Shown: positions 53,608 through 63,248, numbered from the stretch's first letter. The stretch is 64,000 nucleotides of DNA from a virus (IMGVR_UViG_3300042339_000806), one strand, 5' to 3'. Notes: a model not told the origin generated them from the letters alone. Program-made: numbers and translations.

Positions 53608-54785
53608 CATTCGTAATACCTTCCAGAAACAATCTAGAGTTTTTACAATTAGCTTATAAATCAATTCGAAATCTTAGAACCAAGCATGAAGTCTTAGTAC
53701 TTGATGATGCTTCTACAGATGGAACAGCAGAATGGATTACATCTCTTAACGATGAAGATCTTATCACACATGTCAATCCAGGTCCAGAAAGGATAGGAAT
53801 TGTAGGAATGTTTGACAAAGGAATTGAGATGGCAAGAACAGAGATCATATTTGCCTTCCATGCCGATATGATTGCAGGTCCTAATCTAGATAAGAATATA
53901 TTAAAGCATTTAAAAAGAGGAACAGTTGTAAGTGCAACTAGAATAGAACCTTCTCTTCATCCACCAGGACCGGAGAAGATTACTCAAGATTGGGGAATAG
54001 AAGTAGAAGAGATAGACTTCAACGGAGTAATAAATGCTATAGGTCATTTTGAGAATCAAAATAAGGATAAAACAACTGAGGGTATATTTGCTCCTTGGTG
54101 TATGTATAAAGAAGACTTCCAGGCAGTAGGAGGACATGACGAAGTATTTGCACCTCAATCAAAAGAAGACTCAGATCTATTTAACAGATTTGTATTAAAT
54201 GGTTACAAAGTAATTCAATCATGGGATGGATTAGTATATCATTTTACTTCTAGAGGAAGTAGATTTAATAAACATGCCGGAGGAGGAGCTGGAAAGAATA
54301 GTGAGGAGTGGTTATACACAACTACTAAGAATGGTAGAGAGTTTATTCGTAAGTGGGGATCGTTTATAAAGCATGATTCATTAATGAAGCCAATCGTACC
54401 TCCAAAGTATAATGTAGCATTTGTAGTTAACAATTGTAACTCTGAGATGTTAGAAGCATTTGAACCTTGGTGCGATAGAATCTATATTAACGATGAACTG
54501 GGAATATTGTTTGCAGCCTACTATGAAACTGAACATAAAAATACATCATACGATTTAAAGAAACGAGTACTTAATACGAAGTGGAACGATCCTCAAGGAG
54601 AAAATGATATCGTAGTAGAGTTTGATGGAAAGCAGATCACACAACAGTCCTTCAGCGTTATACAACAACTGGCAGAGATTATAAAAGAGAGTGGAGAAGT
54701 AGGAGAGTTTGAATTAGATGTATTTAAAATAACTATTAACTCTCTTATAGAATATCAGAACGATCTAATAGTATGTAAAAATTAA
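53595..54785 (+). CDS. glycosyltransferase family 2
   Basis: ITFVIPSRNNLEFL...VLDDASTDGT (GT2 motifs). Confidence 0.55.
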   Translation: MQKITFVIPSRNNLEFLQLAYKSIRNLRTKHEVLVLDDASTDGTAEWITSLNDEDLITHVNPGPERIGIVGMFDKGIEMARTEIIFAFHADMIAGPNLDKNILKHLKRGTVVSATRIEPSLHPPGPEKITQDWGIEVEEIDFNGVINAIGHFENQNKDKTTEGIFAPWCMYKEDFQAVGGHDEVFAPQSKEDSDLFNRFVLNGYKVIQSWDGLVYHFTSRGSRFNKHAGGGAGKNSEEWLYTTTKNGREFIRKWGSFIKHDSLMKPIVPPKYNVAFVVNNCNSEMLEAFEPWCDRIYINDELGILFAAYYETEHKNTSYDLKKRVLNTKWNDPQGENDIVVEFDGKQITQQSFSVIQQLAEIIKESGEVGEFELDVFKITINSLIEYQNDLIVCKN

Positions 54786-54804
54786 CTATTTATAACAAAA
54801 ACAT

Positions 54805-55158
54805 ATGAGCTTAATCAACGAAATAAAAGAGATGCTATCTGAAGTTACAAAGGTAAACTTCAAAGGAAACAAATTTGTCCTTAAGATAGATGTAAACGAA
54901 GATCCAAATAAGAAAGGAATCAAAGTACAATTCCTTCCAACTACATTTGCAGGTATGTCTAAGCAACAACAAGACGACATCGCTATGGAGTTAGGAGCTA
55001 AATTGAATCAAGGACTATCGGCTCTAGGCTTAACAGTTGAGAGAGACAGAGAATTAAAGGATAAGACGATTGTAGGCTTCTTTATATACATCGAATACCT
55101 AGATAAGATTATTATCAATGCTTTAAATCAAGCAGCACAAGAACCAAGTAACAACTAA
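54805..55158 (+). CDS. hypothetical protein
   Basis: ORF only. Confidence 0.3.
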   Translation: MSLINEIKEMLSEVTKVNFKGNKFVLKIDVNEDPNKKGIKVQFLPTTFAGMSKQQQDDIAMELGAKLNQGLSALGLTVERDRELKDKTIVGFFIYIEYLDKIIINALNQAAQEPSNN

Positions 55159-55168
55159 TTAGAGAGAT

Positions 55169-55381
55169 ATGCCACAGTTTTGTTTTTATTCAAAAAATAA
55201 CCCTACACAAGAACCAGTAGGAGTATTACATGCAGCAAGTAGAGAAGAAGCAATAAAATTCTTCTCATTATCAAAACAGTTACCAGTAAACGATTTTCTA
55301 ACAATTTTTGAAGTAAAGAACTACACGTATGGTACACAAGAAGGACTTAAGGAAAACACTAAACAGCTTCTTAAAGGCTAG
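55169..55381 (+). CDS. hypothetical protein
   Basis: ORF only. Confidence 0.3.
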   Translation: MPQFCFYSKNNPTQEPVGVLHAASREEAIKFFSLSKQLPVNDFLTIFEVKNYTYGTQEGLKENTKQLLKG

Positions 55382-55403
55382 TATTAGTATAAAGGAAAAG
55401 GGT

Positions 55404-55739
55404 ATGGCTAGAGAGGTAATCGAAAAGAAACTCTTCATAGAAAATATTATCCTTTTAAGAGAGATAGAGGATAGGAGAGACTTCATGGAAGAAGAGATCG
55501 GAGTAGATATGTCTATCTACGAAGAGAAGTTCCTACAAATAATAGAAAATCTATTCAAGATACACTTCAGCAAAGAACAATTTGCATTAATACAGTACTA
55601 CCTTTACCAAGTCCCTACAATAGATAATTGGGATGGAAAGATAGATCTCTCAGATGGAAAGAAAATGATTACAGTTGACTTTGAAACACCTGAGCAGGTT
55701 TGGAATGTAATAACTAGCTTAAAAGAAGTAAAGAAATAG
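55404..55739 (+). CDS. hypothetical protein (start trimmed)
   Basis: Internal Met after the upstream stop. Confidence 0.3.
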   Translation: MAREVIEKKLFIENIILLREIEDRRDFMEEEIGVDMSIYEEKFLQIIENLFKIHFSKEQFALIQYYLYQVPTIDNWDGKIDLSDGKKMITVDFETPEQVWNVITSLKEVKK

Positions 55740-55778
55740 TTGCTAGAACGAATCTTTATTCTTATATTTAGGTATAAT
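55740..55778 (+). promoter_or_regulatory. promoter module TTGCTAG-N-TATATTTAGGTATAAT
   Basis: TTG 55740, TATATTTA 55763, 20-nt spacer. Confidence 0.5.
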
Positions 55779-55796
55779 TAATAAACAAAAACGGTT

Positions 55797-56198
55797 ATGA
55801 ATTTAGAAATGATTCCTTGTACAAGATGTGGCAATGATATGCCAAAGCTCCGATTAGACAGTTACGGATACGACTTCTGTGTTAACTGCTCAGATGTAAA
55901 GCCTAAGGTAGGACGTATTAGAGTAGTAGGAGAAGGAGACTATACAGTAACAGAGCTTGATATCTTAGATCAAGACACTGCTAGAAGACTTCAAGAGATG
56001 GAAAATACTTCAAGAGGAGTAAGAAATGTTCCATTAGAGATCTTAAACTATGACGAAGATGAAGTAACAGATGATGCTAAAGCATTAGATGCTGTTATTG
56101 AAAAGGCCTTAGATGATGATTTAGAAATCGAAGAGGTAGAAGAAGACTTAGAAGATCTAGAAGATATAGATGATCTAGAAGACGAAGATGAAGACTAA
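55797..56198 (+). CDS. zinc-ribbon protein with highly acidic C-terminal tail
   Basis: CTRCGN...CVNCSD. Tail DDLEIEEVEEDLEDLEDIDDLEDEDED. Confidence 0.35.
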   Translation: MNLEMIPCTRCGNDMPKLRLDSYGYDFCVNCSDVKPKVGRIRVVGEGDYTVTELDILDQDTARRLQEMENTSRGVRNVPLEILNYDEDEVTDDAKALDAVIEKALDDDLEIEEVEEDLEDLEDIDDLEDEDED

Positions 56199-56852
56199 AT
56201 GCCAGCAGCTAAATTTATATCTAAAGATGATTGCCTCAGAGCAATGGACAATACTAAGAGTAATAGAGGAGCAGCTCGATTTCTTCGTTGCAGCTTTGTC
56301 CATTATAAGAAGTATGCCAGAACTTATGTAAACGAAGAAGGAATAACTCTATGGGAGGTTCATAAGAATCCAGCCGGAATAGGTATTCCTAAATATCTTC
56401 CTAACAAAGGCAAACAAGCACCCCTTAAGGAATTAATAGAAGGAAAGATATCAGTAGCTTCTTTTGAGCCGGCTAAGATCAAACAGAGACTAATCTTTGA
56501 AGGGTACTTGAAAGAGGAATGCAATCGATGTGGCTTTCATGAAGAGAGAGTAACAGATCATAAAATACCTTTGATACTTCAATTCAAGGATAAGAATAAA
56601 GTCAACTATGAGCTTACTAATATAGAGCTTATGTGTTACAATTGTTCTTTCCTGTACTCGGTATCACCTATTACCGACAAGCAAGTAGCAGCAGCAGAAG
56701 ATTCTGTAGACAGACAAGTAAGAGATTTTGATTGGGAGGTAGATGATGCAATGAAAGAGCATCTAGAATCATTAGGACTTTGGAATGAAGTACCAACAGA
56801 TGGTTCACAATACATCTCAGAAAACTTTAAGAGGAATGAAAAAGAAGACTAA
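56199..56852 (+). CDS. HNH-like nuclease domain protein
   Basis: ECNRCGFHEERVTDHKIPLI ... CYNCSF (C..C..DH..P..C..C pattern). Confidence 0.35.
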   Translation: MPAAKFISKDDCLRAMDNTKSNRGAARFLRCSFVHYKKYARTYVNEEGITLWEVHKNPAGIGIPKYLPNKGKQAPLKELIEGKISVASFEPAKIKQRLIFEGYLKEECNRCGFHEERVTDHKIPLILQFKDKNKVNYELTNIELMCYNCSFLYSVSPITDKQVAAAEDSVDRQVRDFDWEVDDAMKEHLESLGLWNEVPTDGSQYISENFKRNEKED

Positions 56853-56964
56853 ACCTACCAGAGAAAGAATTGTAGCCAACAAGCTTGTAAAGCAATCAGA
56901 GCAGAATGAAAAGCTGAGAGAGAAAACAATCAGTAATTCTTTTTGGAAATTGTTTGGAAAATAG

Positions 56965-57004
56965 TTGCTAGTACGAATCTTTGTTCGTATATTTAGGTAT
57001 AGAA
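56965..57004 (+). promoter_or_regulatory. promoter module
   Basis: TTG 56965, TATATTTAGGTATAGA from 56988, 20-nt spacer. Confidence 0.5.
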
Positions 57005-57018
57005 ATTAAAAAAAGGTT

Positions 57019-57348
57019 ATGGCAGAAAAGACAGGCGCTACAGTCAAAAAGATTCACGATTTTAATACCTCAGGTGTATTAGAAGTATGTATCAAAGGAA
57101 ATTGGTATAGAACTACTTGTAATGAATTCAGATCATTCGATGGTAAGAGAAGAATAACTGAGCCTTTAAAGCAGCCAGGTATTGGAGATAGCTTTAATGA
57201 TATAGAATTTAGAACGTATGACTATAACGGCCCAGTTTATATCCTTCAGACTAATCTAGAGGTAATTAGAATGGATACAGAGACTATTGTAACTAATCCA
57301 AAAATGCCAGTCAATCAAAAATCAGAAGCAAATAGTAATCGTATATGA
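57019..57348 (+). CDS. hypothetical protein
   Basis: ORF only. Confidence 0.3.
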   Translation: MAEKTGATVKKIHDFNTSGVLEVCIKGNWYRTTCNEFRSFDGKRRITEPLKQPGIGDSFNDIEFRTYDYNGPVYILQTNLEVIRMDTETIVTNPKMPVNQKSEANSNRI

Positions 57349-57638
57349 GAAAATTAGAAATAGAATCTCTAGAAGAATTAGAATCTATCTTCAGAGAAAG
57401 ATCAGTCGATATGACAAACAATATCAGAGAAGGTATTGAAGAAGCTATGAAGAGTAAGAAGAGGACAGCTATCTTATTTGAAATATTTATGGATGGAATG
57501 GAGACTTCTTTTGAAATATCACTTTCAAAAAGAGAATGGATTACAGCTCTAGAGAATTGCTTGAAGCATTACAGCGAGTGGGAGATGGGAGATGAAGCAA
57601 TTGATACTTATTTACTAATCAAAGAACTGAAAGCATGA
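57345..57638 (+). CDS. hypothetical protein
   Basis: ATGA overlap. Confidence 0.3.
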   Translation: MRKLEIESLEELESIFRERSVDMTNNIREGIEEAMKSKKRTAILFEIFMDGMETSFEISLSKREWITALENCLKHYSEWEMGDEAIDTYLLIKELKA

Positions 57639-57889
57639 TAAAGCCTTATGTGAAAGTATTTGTATGTGAGAAGACTGGAATTAAGTCAACTTATACATAT
57701 AACGGTGCAAGTATTGTAAATGGAATGATAAAAGCTGAGTTCGAATATCCTAAAGAATACTTAGATGAGTTCAATAAAAAGGAAAAAATTAAGAATAATC
57801 TTCCGAAAACAAAACAAATGTTCTTAAATCCTGCAACAGGAAAAGAAGTAGGATATTACAGAGCTAAGAATTTAGGCCTTGTAAAATAA
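57635..57889 (+). CDS. hypothetical protein
   Basis: ATGA overlap. Confidence 0.3.
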   Translation: MIKPYVKVFVCEKTGIKSTYTYNGASIVNGMIKAEFEYPKEYLDEFNKKEKIKNNLPKTKQMFLNPATGKEVGYYRAKNLGLVK

Positions 57890-57912
57890 ATTAAAAAAAG
57901 TTTGTGAATTAG

Positions 57913-57951
57913 TTGCTAGTTACGAAGTTAGTTCGTATATTTAGGTATAGA
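57913..57951 (+). promoter_or_regulatory. promoter module
   Basis: TTG 57913, TATATTTAGGTATAGA from 57936, 20-nt spacer. Confidence 0.5.
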
Positions 57952-57973
57952 AATCAATTAAAAACAAAAAGTT

Positions 57974-58798
57974 ATGTTATCAAAATTCACTACAGGTTTA
58001 GATTCTTACCTTACAAAAGATCAAGTAAAAGCTTTAGCACCAGTAGCATTTGCTACAGAGCCAACAAGCGATAAAGTAAGTAGTAAATACTTACATGTTA
58101 ATACTGAGACTATCATCGATGACTTAGAAAAGTTAGGATGGCTTCCAGTAACAGCCTCTCAAAGAAAGGCTAGAAAGTCTGATAAGACTACAATCTTCTC
58201 AAAGCACATGGTATCATTTCAGAATCCAGACCTTATGATTAAAGGTAAGAATGGTGATGATGCTTTTCCAAGAATCATTTTAACGAACTCTCATGATGGA
58301 TTTAATTCTTTTCAGTTTAGAATTGGAATCTACAGATTGGTATGTTCAAATGGATTGGTAGTAGCTGATGAGGAATTCTCAGCATTCAGAATACGTCACA
58401 CAGGATATACCTTCGAAGAATTAAGAGGAGTAGTAGCACAAGCAGTAGCTGATCTTCCTAATAAGGTAATGATTTTAAATCAAATGCAGTTGAGAGAATT
58501 GTCTCCGGTAGAGCAAAGACAATTGGCTATCGATGCAATGCAATTGAGAACAAATAGAATCGATGCTGAATGGGATGAAGAGACTATCCAGGACGTTTTA
58601 ACTCCTACAAGAGATGCTGATAAAGGAAATGACCTTTGGAAAGTATTTAATGTAATCCAAGAGAAGATTACTCAAGGAGGATATTCAGCAGCATTGAATG
58701 GTGCTAAAGTAAGAAAGGTTAGAAAGATTAAATCATTCGAGAAAGATCTAGAGGTTAATCAAAAGCTATTCAAATTAGCTACAGCATTGATCAACTAA
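57974..58798 (+). CDS. hypothetical protein
   Basis: 274-aa ORF. Confidence 0.35.
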   Translation: MLSKFTTGLDSYLTKDQVKALAPVAFATEPTSDKVSSKYLHVNTETIIDDLEKLGWLPVTASQRKARKSDKTTIFSKHMVSFQNPDLMIKGKNGDDAFPRIILTNSHDGFNSFQFRIGIYRLVCSNGLVVADEEFSAFRIRHTGYTFEELRGVVAQAVADLPNKVMILNQMQLRELSPVEQRQLAIDAMQLRTNRIDAEWDEETIQDVLTPTRDADKGNDLWKVFNVIQEKITQGGYSAALNGAKVRKVRKIKSFEKDLEVNQKLFKLATALIN

Positions 58799-59037
58799 TG
58801 GATAGAGAGAAATATCTACAGATGAGAAGAACTGGCCAATATGACCTTGGCTGGTTCTATCAATACTACCTAGAGCATAAGGATAAGGATAGAATGACTC
58901 CTCCCTTTGAAGCTTTTCATCAGGCCTTTAATATGTACTTCCAAATGCATGGAGGTTTTATTCTAGACTATATGGATAAGAAAATGGAAGTAACTAAAAT
59001 AGAAAACGAACAAGGAAATTTAATTTATATAAACTAA
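58798..59037 (+). CDS. hypothetical protein
   Basis: ORF only. Confidence 0.3.
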   Translation: MDREKYLQMRRTGQYDLGWFYQYYLEHKDKDRMTPPFEAFHQAFNMYFQMHGGFILDYMDKKMEVTKIENEQGNLIYIN

Positions 59038-59038
59038 A

Positions 59039-59281
59039 ATGGCAGAAGGCAAAGTAAAAACACCAAAGGAATTGATGGCAGACTTAAAAGGAAATTACAT
59101 TCAAGTAATTAAAAAGAACGGAAAGACTCATGATAAGCTCTATAAAGATCCTCAGAGAGCGATTAGAGGAGTAGGAGGAGTTGATAATGTAAAATACCTT
59201 AGAGAGGTTCTTAAAGAGCAAGTCAATTCAAGATACGTAGAAGTAGATTCATTAACCGGAACACCAGAAAACGAATTATAG
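59039..59281 (+). CDS. hypothetical protein
   Basis: ORF only. Confidence 0.3.
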   Translation: MAEGKVKTPKELMADLKGNYIQVIKKNGKTHDKLYKDPQRAIRGVGGVDNVKYLREVLKEQVNSRYVEVDSLTGTPENEL

Positions 59282-59283
59282 TT

Positions 59284-59487
59284 ATGGAAAAATTAGGAAT
59301 AGTATTAGCAGCATTTGGAATGCTAGTTGTAGTAGCGATTTTATTAGCATGGCCAACACAATGGCTTTGGAATAACGCTTTAGTAGGAGCAGCAGATGGA
59401 TTTAATCCAATTGGCTTTTGGCAAGCATTAGGAATTAATATCCTATGTGGAATTTTATTTAGAAATAATAACTCAAGTTCAAAGTAA
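59284..59487 (+). CDS. small membrane protein
   Basis: 2 TM. Confidence 0.3.
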   Translation: MEKLGIVLAAFGMLVVVAILLAWPTQWLWNNALVGAADGFNPIGFWQALGINILCGILFRNNNSSSK

Positions 59488-59720
59488 TGAAGACAGTTAT
59501 TAAAGTTTTAGTAGGATTTTTCCTAGGATTAGGATTAGTTCAGTTAGTAGATCTAGGAATGTATCTGCTGAATAGGCCAGATAGTTATCTATTCAACTTA
59601 GGAGTATTGATACTTGGAATAGTATTTGTAGCATTTGGATTCTTAGGATTGTATATAATGAAAATAATCAAGCCTGAGGAAGAAGTAAAAGAAGAGGTTA
59701 AACAGGAAAAAGAAGAATAG
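59487..59720 (+). CDS. small membrane protein
   Basis: 2 TM with a KEE-rich tail. Confidence 0.3.
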   Translation: MKTVIKVLVGFFLGLGLVQLVDLGMYLLNRPDSYLFNLGVLILGIVFVAFGFLGLYIMKIIKPEEEVKEEVKQEKEE

Positions 59721-59722
59721 TT

Positions 59723-60112
59723 ATGGTAGTATTATTAGTAATATTAATTGTAGGCTTATTAGTTTTAGGAATTATAGAAACTGTTACAGCATTTGATTTA
59801 GGATCTCCAATCTCAGACAAAGACATCTCAGATTATTTAGATAGAATTGAAAATGAAAATCTTATAAATGGAATAACTTTAAGATGGAATGACAAATATG
59901 TTCTTAATGTAAAAGGGTATACAATTAGACATCATAGTAATCCTTCCATTTATCAAACACAGTACTCTATTATATTTCCATATTATATCACTGATGTAGG
60001 AGTAATTCCAATATGGAGTAAATCTTATAGTAGAGTTAAGAAGTTATTTAAAGATAACATTGAAAATTCTAGTTATAGAACAGATAAAAGAAAAAAATTA
60101 GGGCTAGAATAG
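59723..60112 (+). CDS. membrane-anchored hypothetical protein
   Basis: N-terminal TM. Confidence 0.3.
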   Translation: MVVLLVILIVGLLVLGIIETVTAFDLGSPISDKDISDYLDRIENENLINGITLRWNDKYVLNVKGYTIRHHSNPSIYQTQYSIIFPYYITDVGVIPIWSKSYSRVKKLFKDNIENSSYRTDKRKKLGLE

Positions 60113-60151
60113 TTGCCTCCTAAGAATATATTTCATATATTTAGGTATAAT
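60113..60151 (+). promoter_or_regulatory. promoter module
   Basis: TTG 60113, TATATTTAGGTATAAT from 60136, 20-nt spacer. Confidence 0.5.
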
Positions 60152-60192
60152 AATAAACAATTAATTATAAATCAAATTTAAACAAAGAAGTT

Positions 60193-61029
60193 ATGAACAG
60201 AATTTTAGTAGCAGTAGGATTAATCCTAGTAGTTTTTGCAGTAACCATGTCATGTGAGAACATTGACTCAGGTAACATTGGTATCAAAGTAAACAAGTTT
60301 GGTACAGGAAGAGGGGTAAGTGGAGTAACAGAGTGTACAGGTACAGTCTTTTATAATCCAATCACAACAAACATCTTTGAATTTCCAATCAATATTCGTC
60401 ATAAAGAGTATACTGACGAAGGATCATTTGTAGTGAATAGTAAAGATGGATCAGAGTTTCATGTTAGTCCAATTGTCAACTATAGAATTAATCCAGATAA
60501 AGCCACACAGATCTTTGCAAAATATAGAAAAGACTTAGATGGTATTGAGAATGGATTCCTTAAGACAGCAGTAACAGAAGCATTTAGAATCGTTACCAAT
60601 GGCTATACAGCTGATCAATTAATCTCAAGTAGAGAAGCATTTGATAATAAAGTAAAAGCTACATTAAGAAAACAATTAGAGCCAGAAGGATTTGTATTGG
60701 ATCAATTTACAACTAATCTAGAATATCCTACATCATTCAAGAATGCTATTAATGCTAAGAATAATGCAGTACAGAAGGCTTTAATGGCTGAGAATAGAGT
60801 TAAACAAGCAGAGGCTGAAGCAAAGATTAAAGTAGCAGAAGCAGAAGGAGATGCTCAATCAACACTTACAAGAGCAAGAGCTGAATCAGAAGCAAATACT
60901 TTAAAGCAGAGAACATTAACTCCAATGCTATTGCAACAACAATGGATTGAAGCATGGAGAAAAGGTGGATCTAAAGTACCTCAGTATATTACAAGCGGTG
61001 GAGGAAACTTCATGATGACTATAAAATAG
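60193..61029 (+). CDS. SPFH/band-7 (stomatin/prohibitin/HflK-like) membrane protein
   Basis: N-terminal TM, central band-7-like region, C-terminal AEAEAKIKVAEAEGDAQ...RARAESEA coiled coil typical of HflK/C and YqiK proteins. Confidence 0.45.
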   Translation: MNRILVAVGLILVVFAVTMSCENIDSGNIGIKVNKFGTGRGVSGVTECTGTVFYNPITTNIFEFPINIRHKEYTDEGSFVVNSKDGSEFHVSPIVNYRINPDKATQIFAKYRKDLDGIENGFLKTAVTEAFRIVTNGYTADQLISSREAFDNKVKATLRKQLEPEGFVLDQFTTNLEYPTSFKNAINAKNNAVQKALMAENRVKQAEAEAKIKVAEAEGDAQSTLTRARAESEANTLKQRTLTPMLLQQQWIEAWRKGGSKVPQYITSGGGNFMMTIK

Positions 61030-61056
61030 TAAAATATATTAAAAATAATTGATAAA

Positions 61057-61082
61057 AGAGTTGCTAGCGCAGCTCTTTTTTC
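61057..61082 (+). terminator. rho-independent terminator
   Basis: agagttgc-tagc-gcagctct hairpin plus TTTTTT, followed by promoter 61061-61100. Confidence 0.55.
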
Positions 61083-61117
61083 GTATATTTAGGTATAGAA
61101 ATCAATTAAAAATAAAG

Positions 61118-61297
61118 GTTATGAAAGTACAAGATTTAAAAGCAGGTGATAAGTTTAAGATGAATGGACTATCAGTAAGCGGTAAGCAGACTAAGGTTAA
61201 ATGTGAAATGATCCGATACAATGGAATGGATAAGTACGTTGTAGTATGCCAGGGTATTAGTATACTGGTAGATGGTACTGATGAAGTATTTGTATAA
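61118..61297 (+). CDS. hypothetical protein (start trimmed downstream of promoter)
   Basis: MKVQDLKAGDKF... The computed ORF start 61049 spans the terminator and promoter. Confidence 0.3.
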   Translation, partial: VMKVQDLKAGDKFKMNGLSVSGKQTKVKCEMIRYNGMDKYVVVCQGISILVDGTDEVFV

Positions 61298-61417
61298 CTA
61301 GAGGATAAGAGCTATGACAGAAGAAGAATTACAAGTACTGCTTGATGAGGAAGAGACTTACATCAACGAATGGAGAGATAGTTTAACGCAAGAGCAGATT
61401 GATTCGATTTAAGAACG

Positions 61418-61491
61418 AAGGGGAGGGGGCGCAAGACTACTCACCGAAGGTGTCACGCGCAATTTCTCCCAACCCTCCAGGTTGTTGGAGG
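61418..61491. repeat. conserved GC-rich element copy B plus adjacent hairpin cctcca/tggagg
   Basis: GGGGAGGGGGCG...CTCACCGAAGGTGTCACGCGCAATTT is nearly identical to 39467-39517. Confidence 0.5.
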
Positions 61492-61512
61492 TAAAATCTA
61501 AATAAAAACTAT

Positions 61513-61767
61513 ATGAAAACAATTTACAAGTACGAATTAAGATCACAAGATGCTAGTATGAAGCTTCCAAAAGGGGCAGAGATACTTACAGTACAGATTC
61601 AAGATGGGAGACCAATGCTATGGGCTTTAGTAGATCCAGAGAATGTATTAGAGGATAGATTTATATCCACTGTTGGTACAGGATGGGAAGTGGAAGACAA
61701 TATGAAATACATTTGTACATACATGGAAGGATATTTTGTGTGGCATGTATTTGAAATGATACAATAG
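61513..61767 (+). CDS. hypothetical protein
   Basis: ORF only. Confidence 0.3.
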   Translation: MKTIYKYELRSQDASMKLPKGAEILTVQIQDGRPMLWALVDPENVLEDRFISTVGTGWEVEDNMKYICTYMEGYFVWHVFEMIQ

Positions 61768-61904
61768 TATGAAAGTAATATACATGGAACAGACCATTGC
61801 TCTTATGTCTCATGGAAGAGCCAGAGAGGTAGAGGAATTAATAGCCTCAGGAGAGGTTAAGAAATCAGAACAAGGAGTTAATTACTTACTAACAATTATA
61901 GAGG

Positions 61905-62099
61905 ATGAAGATACAGGAAGTTGAATTGTATAAGAAAAAGTATAAGGGAGTTAAAATAGCTTTCAACTCTAGAAAAGGTGTAGGAAGGATTATAGAAGGA
62001 ATAGCCGTACAGGTGGTAGAATCTCAGGGCCTTGTTATACTCAGAGACTATGATAACTTCCCTCATTGTATATCAATAATGACATTGGAAGAGATATGA
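61905..62099 (+). CDS. hypothetical protein
   Basis: ORF only. Confidence 0.3.
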   Translation: MKIQEVELYKKKYKGVKIAFNSRKGVGRIIEGIAVQVVESQGLVILRDYDNFPHCISIMTLEEI

Positions 62100-62284
62100 A
62101 AAAGTTTTTAGAAATTTATTTAGGGTTCTTTATAGCCTTGCCATTAGCACTTTGTATAGTATTATATGCAATAGGATGTTTTATGACATGGAGTATTCTT
62201 GAACCAAATATTGAATGGGCCTATGTTAGGTTGTATATGGTAATGGCTCTTATAGTATCAATATTTTTAGCAGCGGATGAATAA
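62096..62284 (+). CDS. small membrane protein (start trimmed to ATGA overlap)
   Basis: 2 TM. Confidence 0.3.
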   Translation: MKKFLEIYLGFFIALPLALCIVLYAIGCFMTWSILEPNIEWAYVRLYMVMALIVSIFLAADE

Positions 62285-62492
62285 TATGAAAAAGCTAATA
62301 GGAAATCTTTATTGGAGAATATGTAGAAGGATAGGTTATATTATTACCCTTAGAGACTATTATGATCCAAAGACATTCACTCTAGTAAAAAAGAATAGTC
62401 ATATGGCCTTATTAAAACATATAGGTAAGGTAGATGAACATGGACATATAAAGGTAAAAGAAGTTTGGCAAATACAAATTAAAAAGATATGA
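62277..62492 (+). CDS. hypothetical basic protein
   Basis: ORF only. Confidence 0.3.
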   Translation: MNNMKKLIGNLYWRICRRIGYIITLRDYYDPKTFTLVKKNSHMALLKHIGKVDEHGHIKVKEVWQIQIKKI

Positions 62493-62740
62493 CCGTAAAA
62501 GAACTAATTGAAAGTCTAAGTAAGATAGAAGACCAAGACATAAAGGTAATGACAAAAGGATATGAAGGAGGAGTAAATGATATGGTAATAGGAAATGGTA
62601 TAGATAATAATACTCCAGCAATCATACATGTAGCCTTAGATGTAAATACAGAATGGTATTACGGTACACATGAAAGAGTAGATGATATGTACGGCAGTAC
62701 TAATAGTGATTATCATATAGTAAAGGCAATTATTCTATAG
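62489..62740 (+). CDS. hypothetical protein
   Basis: ATGA overlap. Confidence 0.3.
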   Translation: MTVKELIESLSKIEDQDIKVMTKGYEGGVNDMVIGNGIDNNTPAIIHVALDVNTEWYYGTHERVDDMYGSTNSDYHIVKAIIL

Positions 62741-62741
62741 T

Positions 62742-62933
62742 ATGGAAGTATGGGGAATAAATAAGTTAAAGGATCCTAATTCAAATCATATAATACGAAA
62801 GGTAGTAAAGAGGAGAGAACAATTAAAGGAAAGAGAACAGACACCTAAGGTAATAAAGGAATTAAAGGGCCTAGAAGACAGGATGAAGATAGGAGAAATG
62901 CTATTGGAAAGATGGCGAGAGACCCATTCATAG
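62742..62933 (+). CDS. hypothetical charged protein
   Basis: ORF only. Confidence 0.3.
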   Translation: MEVWGINKLKDPNSNHIIRKVVKRREQLKEREQTPKVIKELKGLEDRMKIGEMLLERWRETHS

Positions 62934-62985
62934 ACCCATTCCATACCCGTTTCTCTACCCGTTCGATACCCGTTTATACATACGT
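62921..62985. repeat. iteron array, left cluster (GACCCATT/TACCCGTT x5 at 11-12 bp spacing)
   Basis: Octamer starts at 62921, 62933, 62944, 62956 and 62967. Confidence 0.6.
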
Positions 62986-63248
62986 ATCACGTACGGGAGA
63001 TATAAGGAGAGACATAGAGAGAACTACTGAGATACATAGTAAAAGGTGAAGGACTTTGATTAAACATAAAGGGTAGAAAAACCATACAAAGAGTATAAAG
63101 ACATAGAGTACTAGGTAAGAAAAGGTACTGTACAGTATATACGATGTGTAAGAAAGAGGATAAGGCTAGGTAAAATAAGGATAGGAAAAATGTGGCGGGT
63201 GTGTCTCCTTAATAGTTTTTTTCTATAATAAGGAAAACCTATAGTAGA

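Noticed and set aside
230-62621. All minus-strand ORFs in the track (e.g. 230-427, 1639-1836, 3771-3995, 10226-10558, 24217-24465, 38233-38622, 45844-46248, 53910-54158, 62412-62621)
   Set aside because: Every one is fully embedded in a longer, motif-supported + strand gene or in tRNA genes. Several are low-complexity mirror translations (poly-Leu from GAA/GCA-rich coding strands). The + strand is gap-free, so a uniformly + stranded genome is far more parsimonious.
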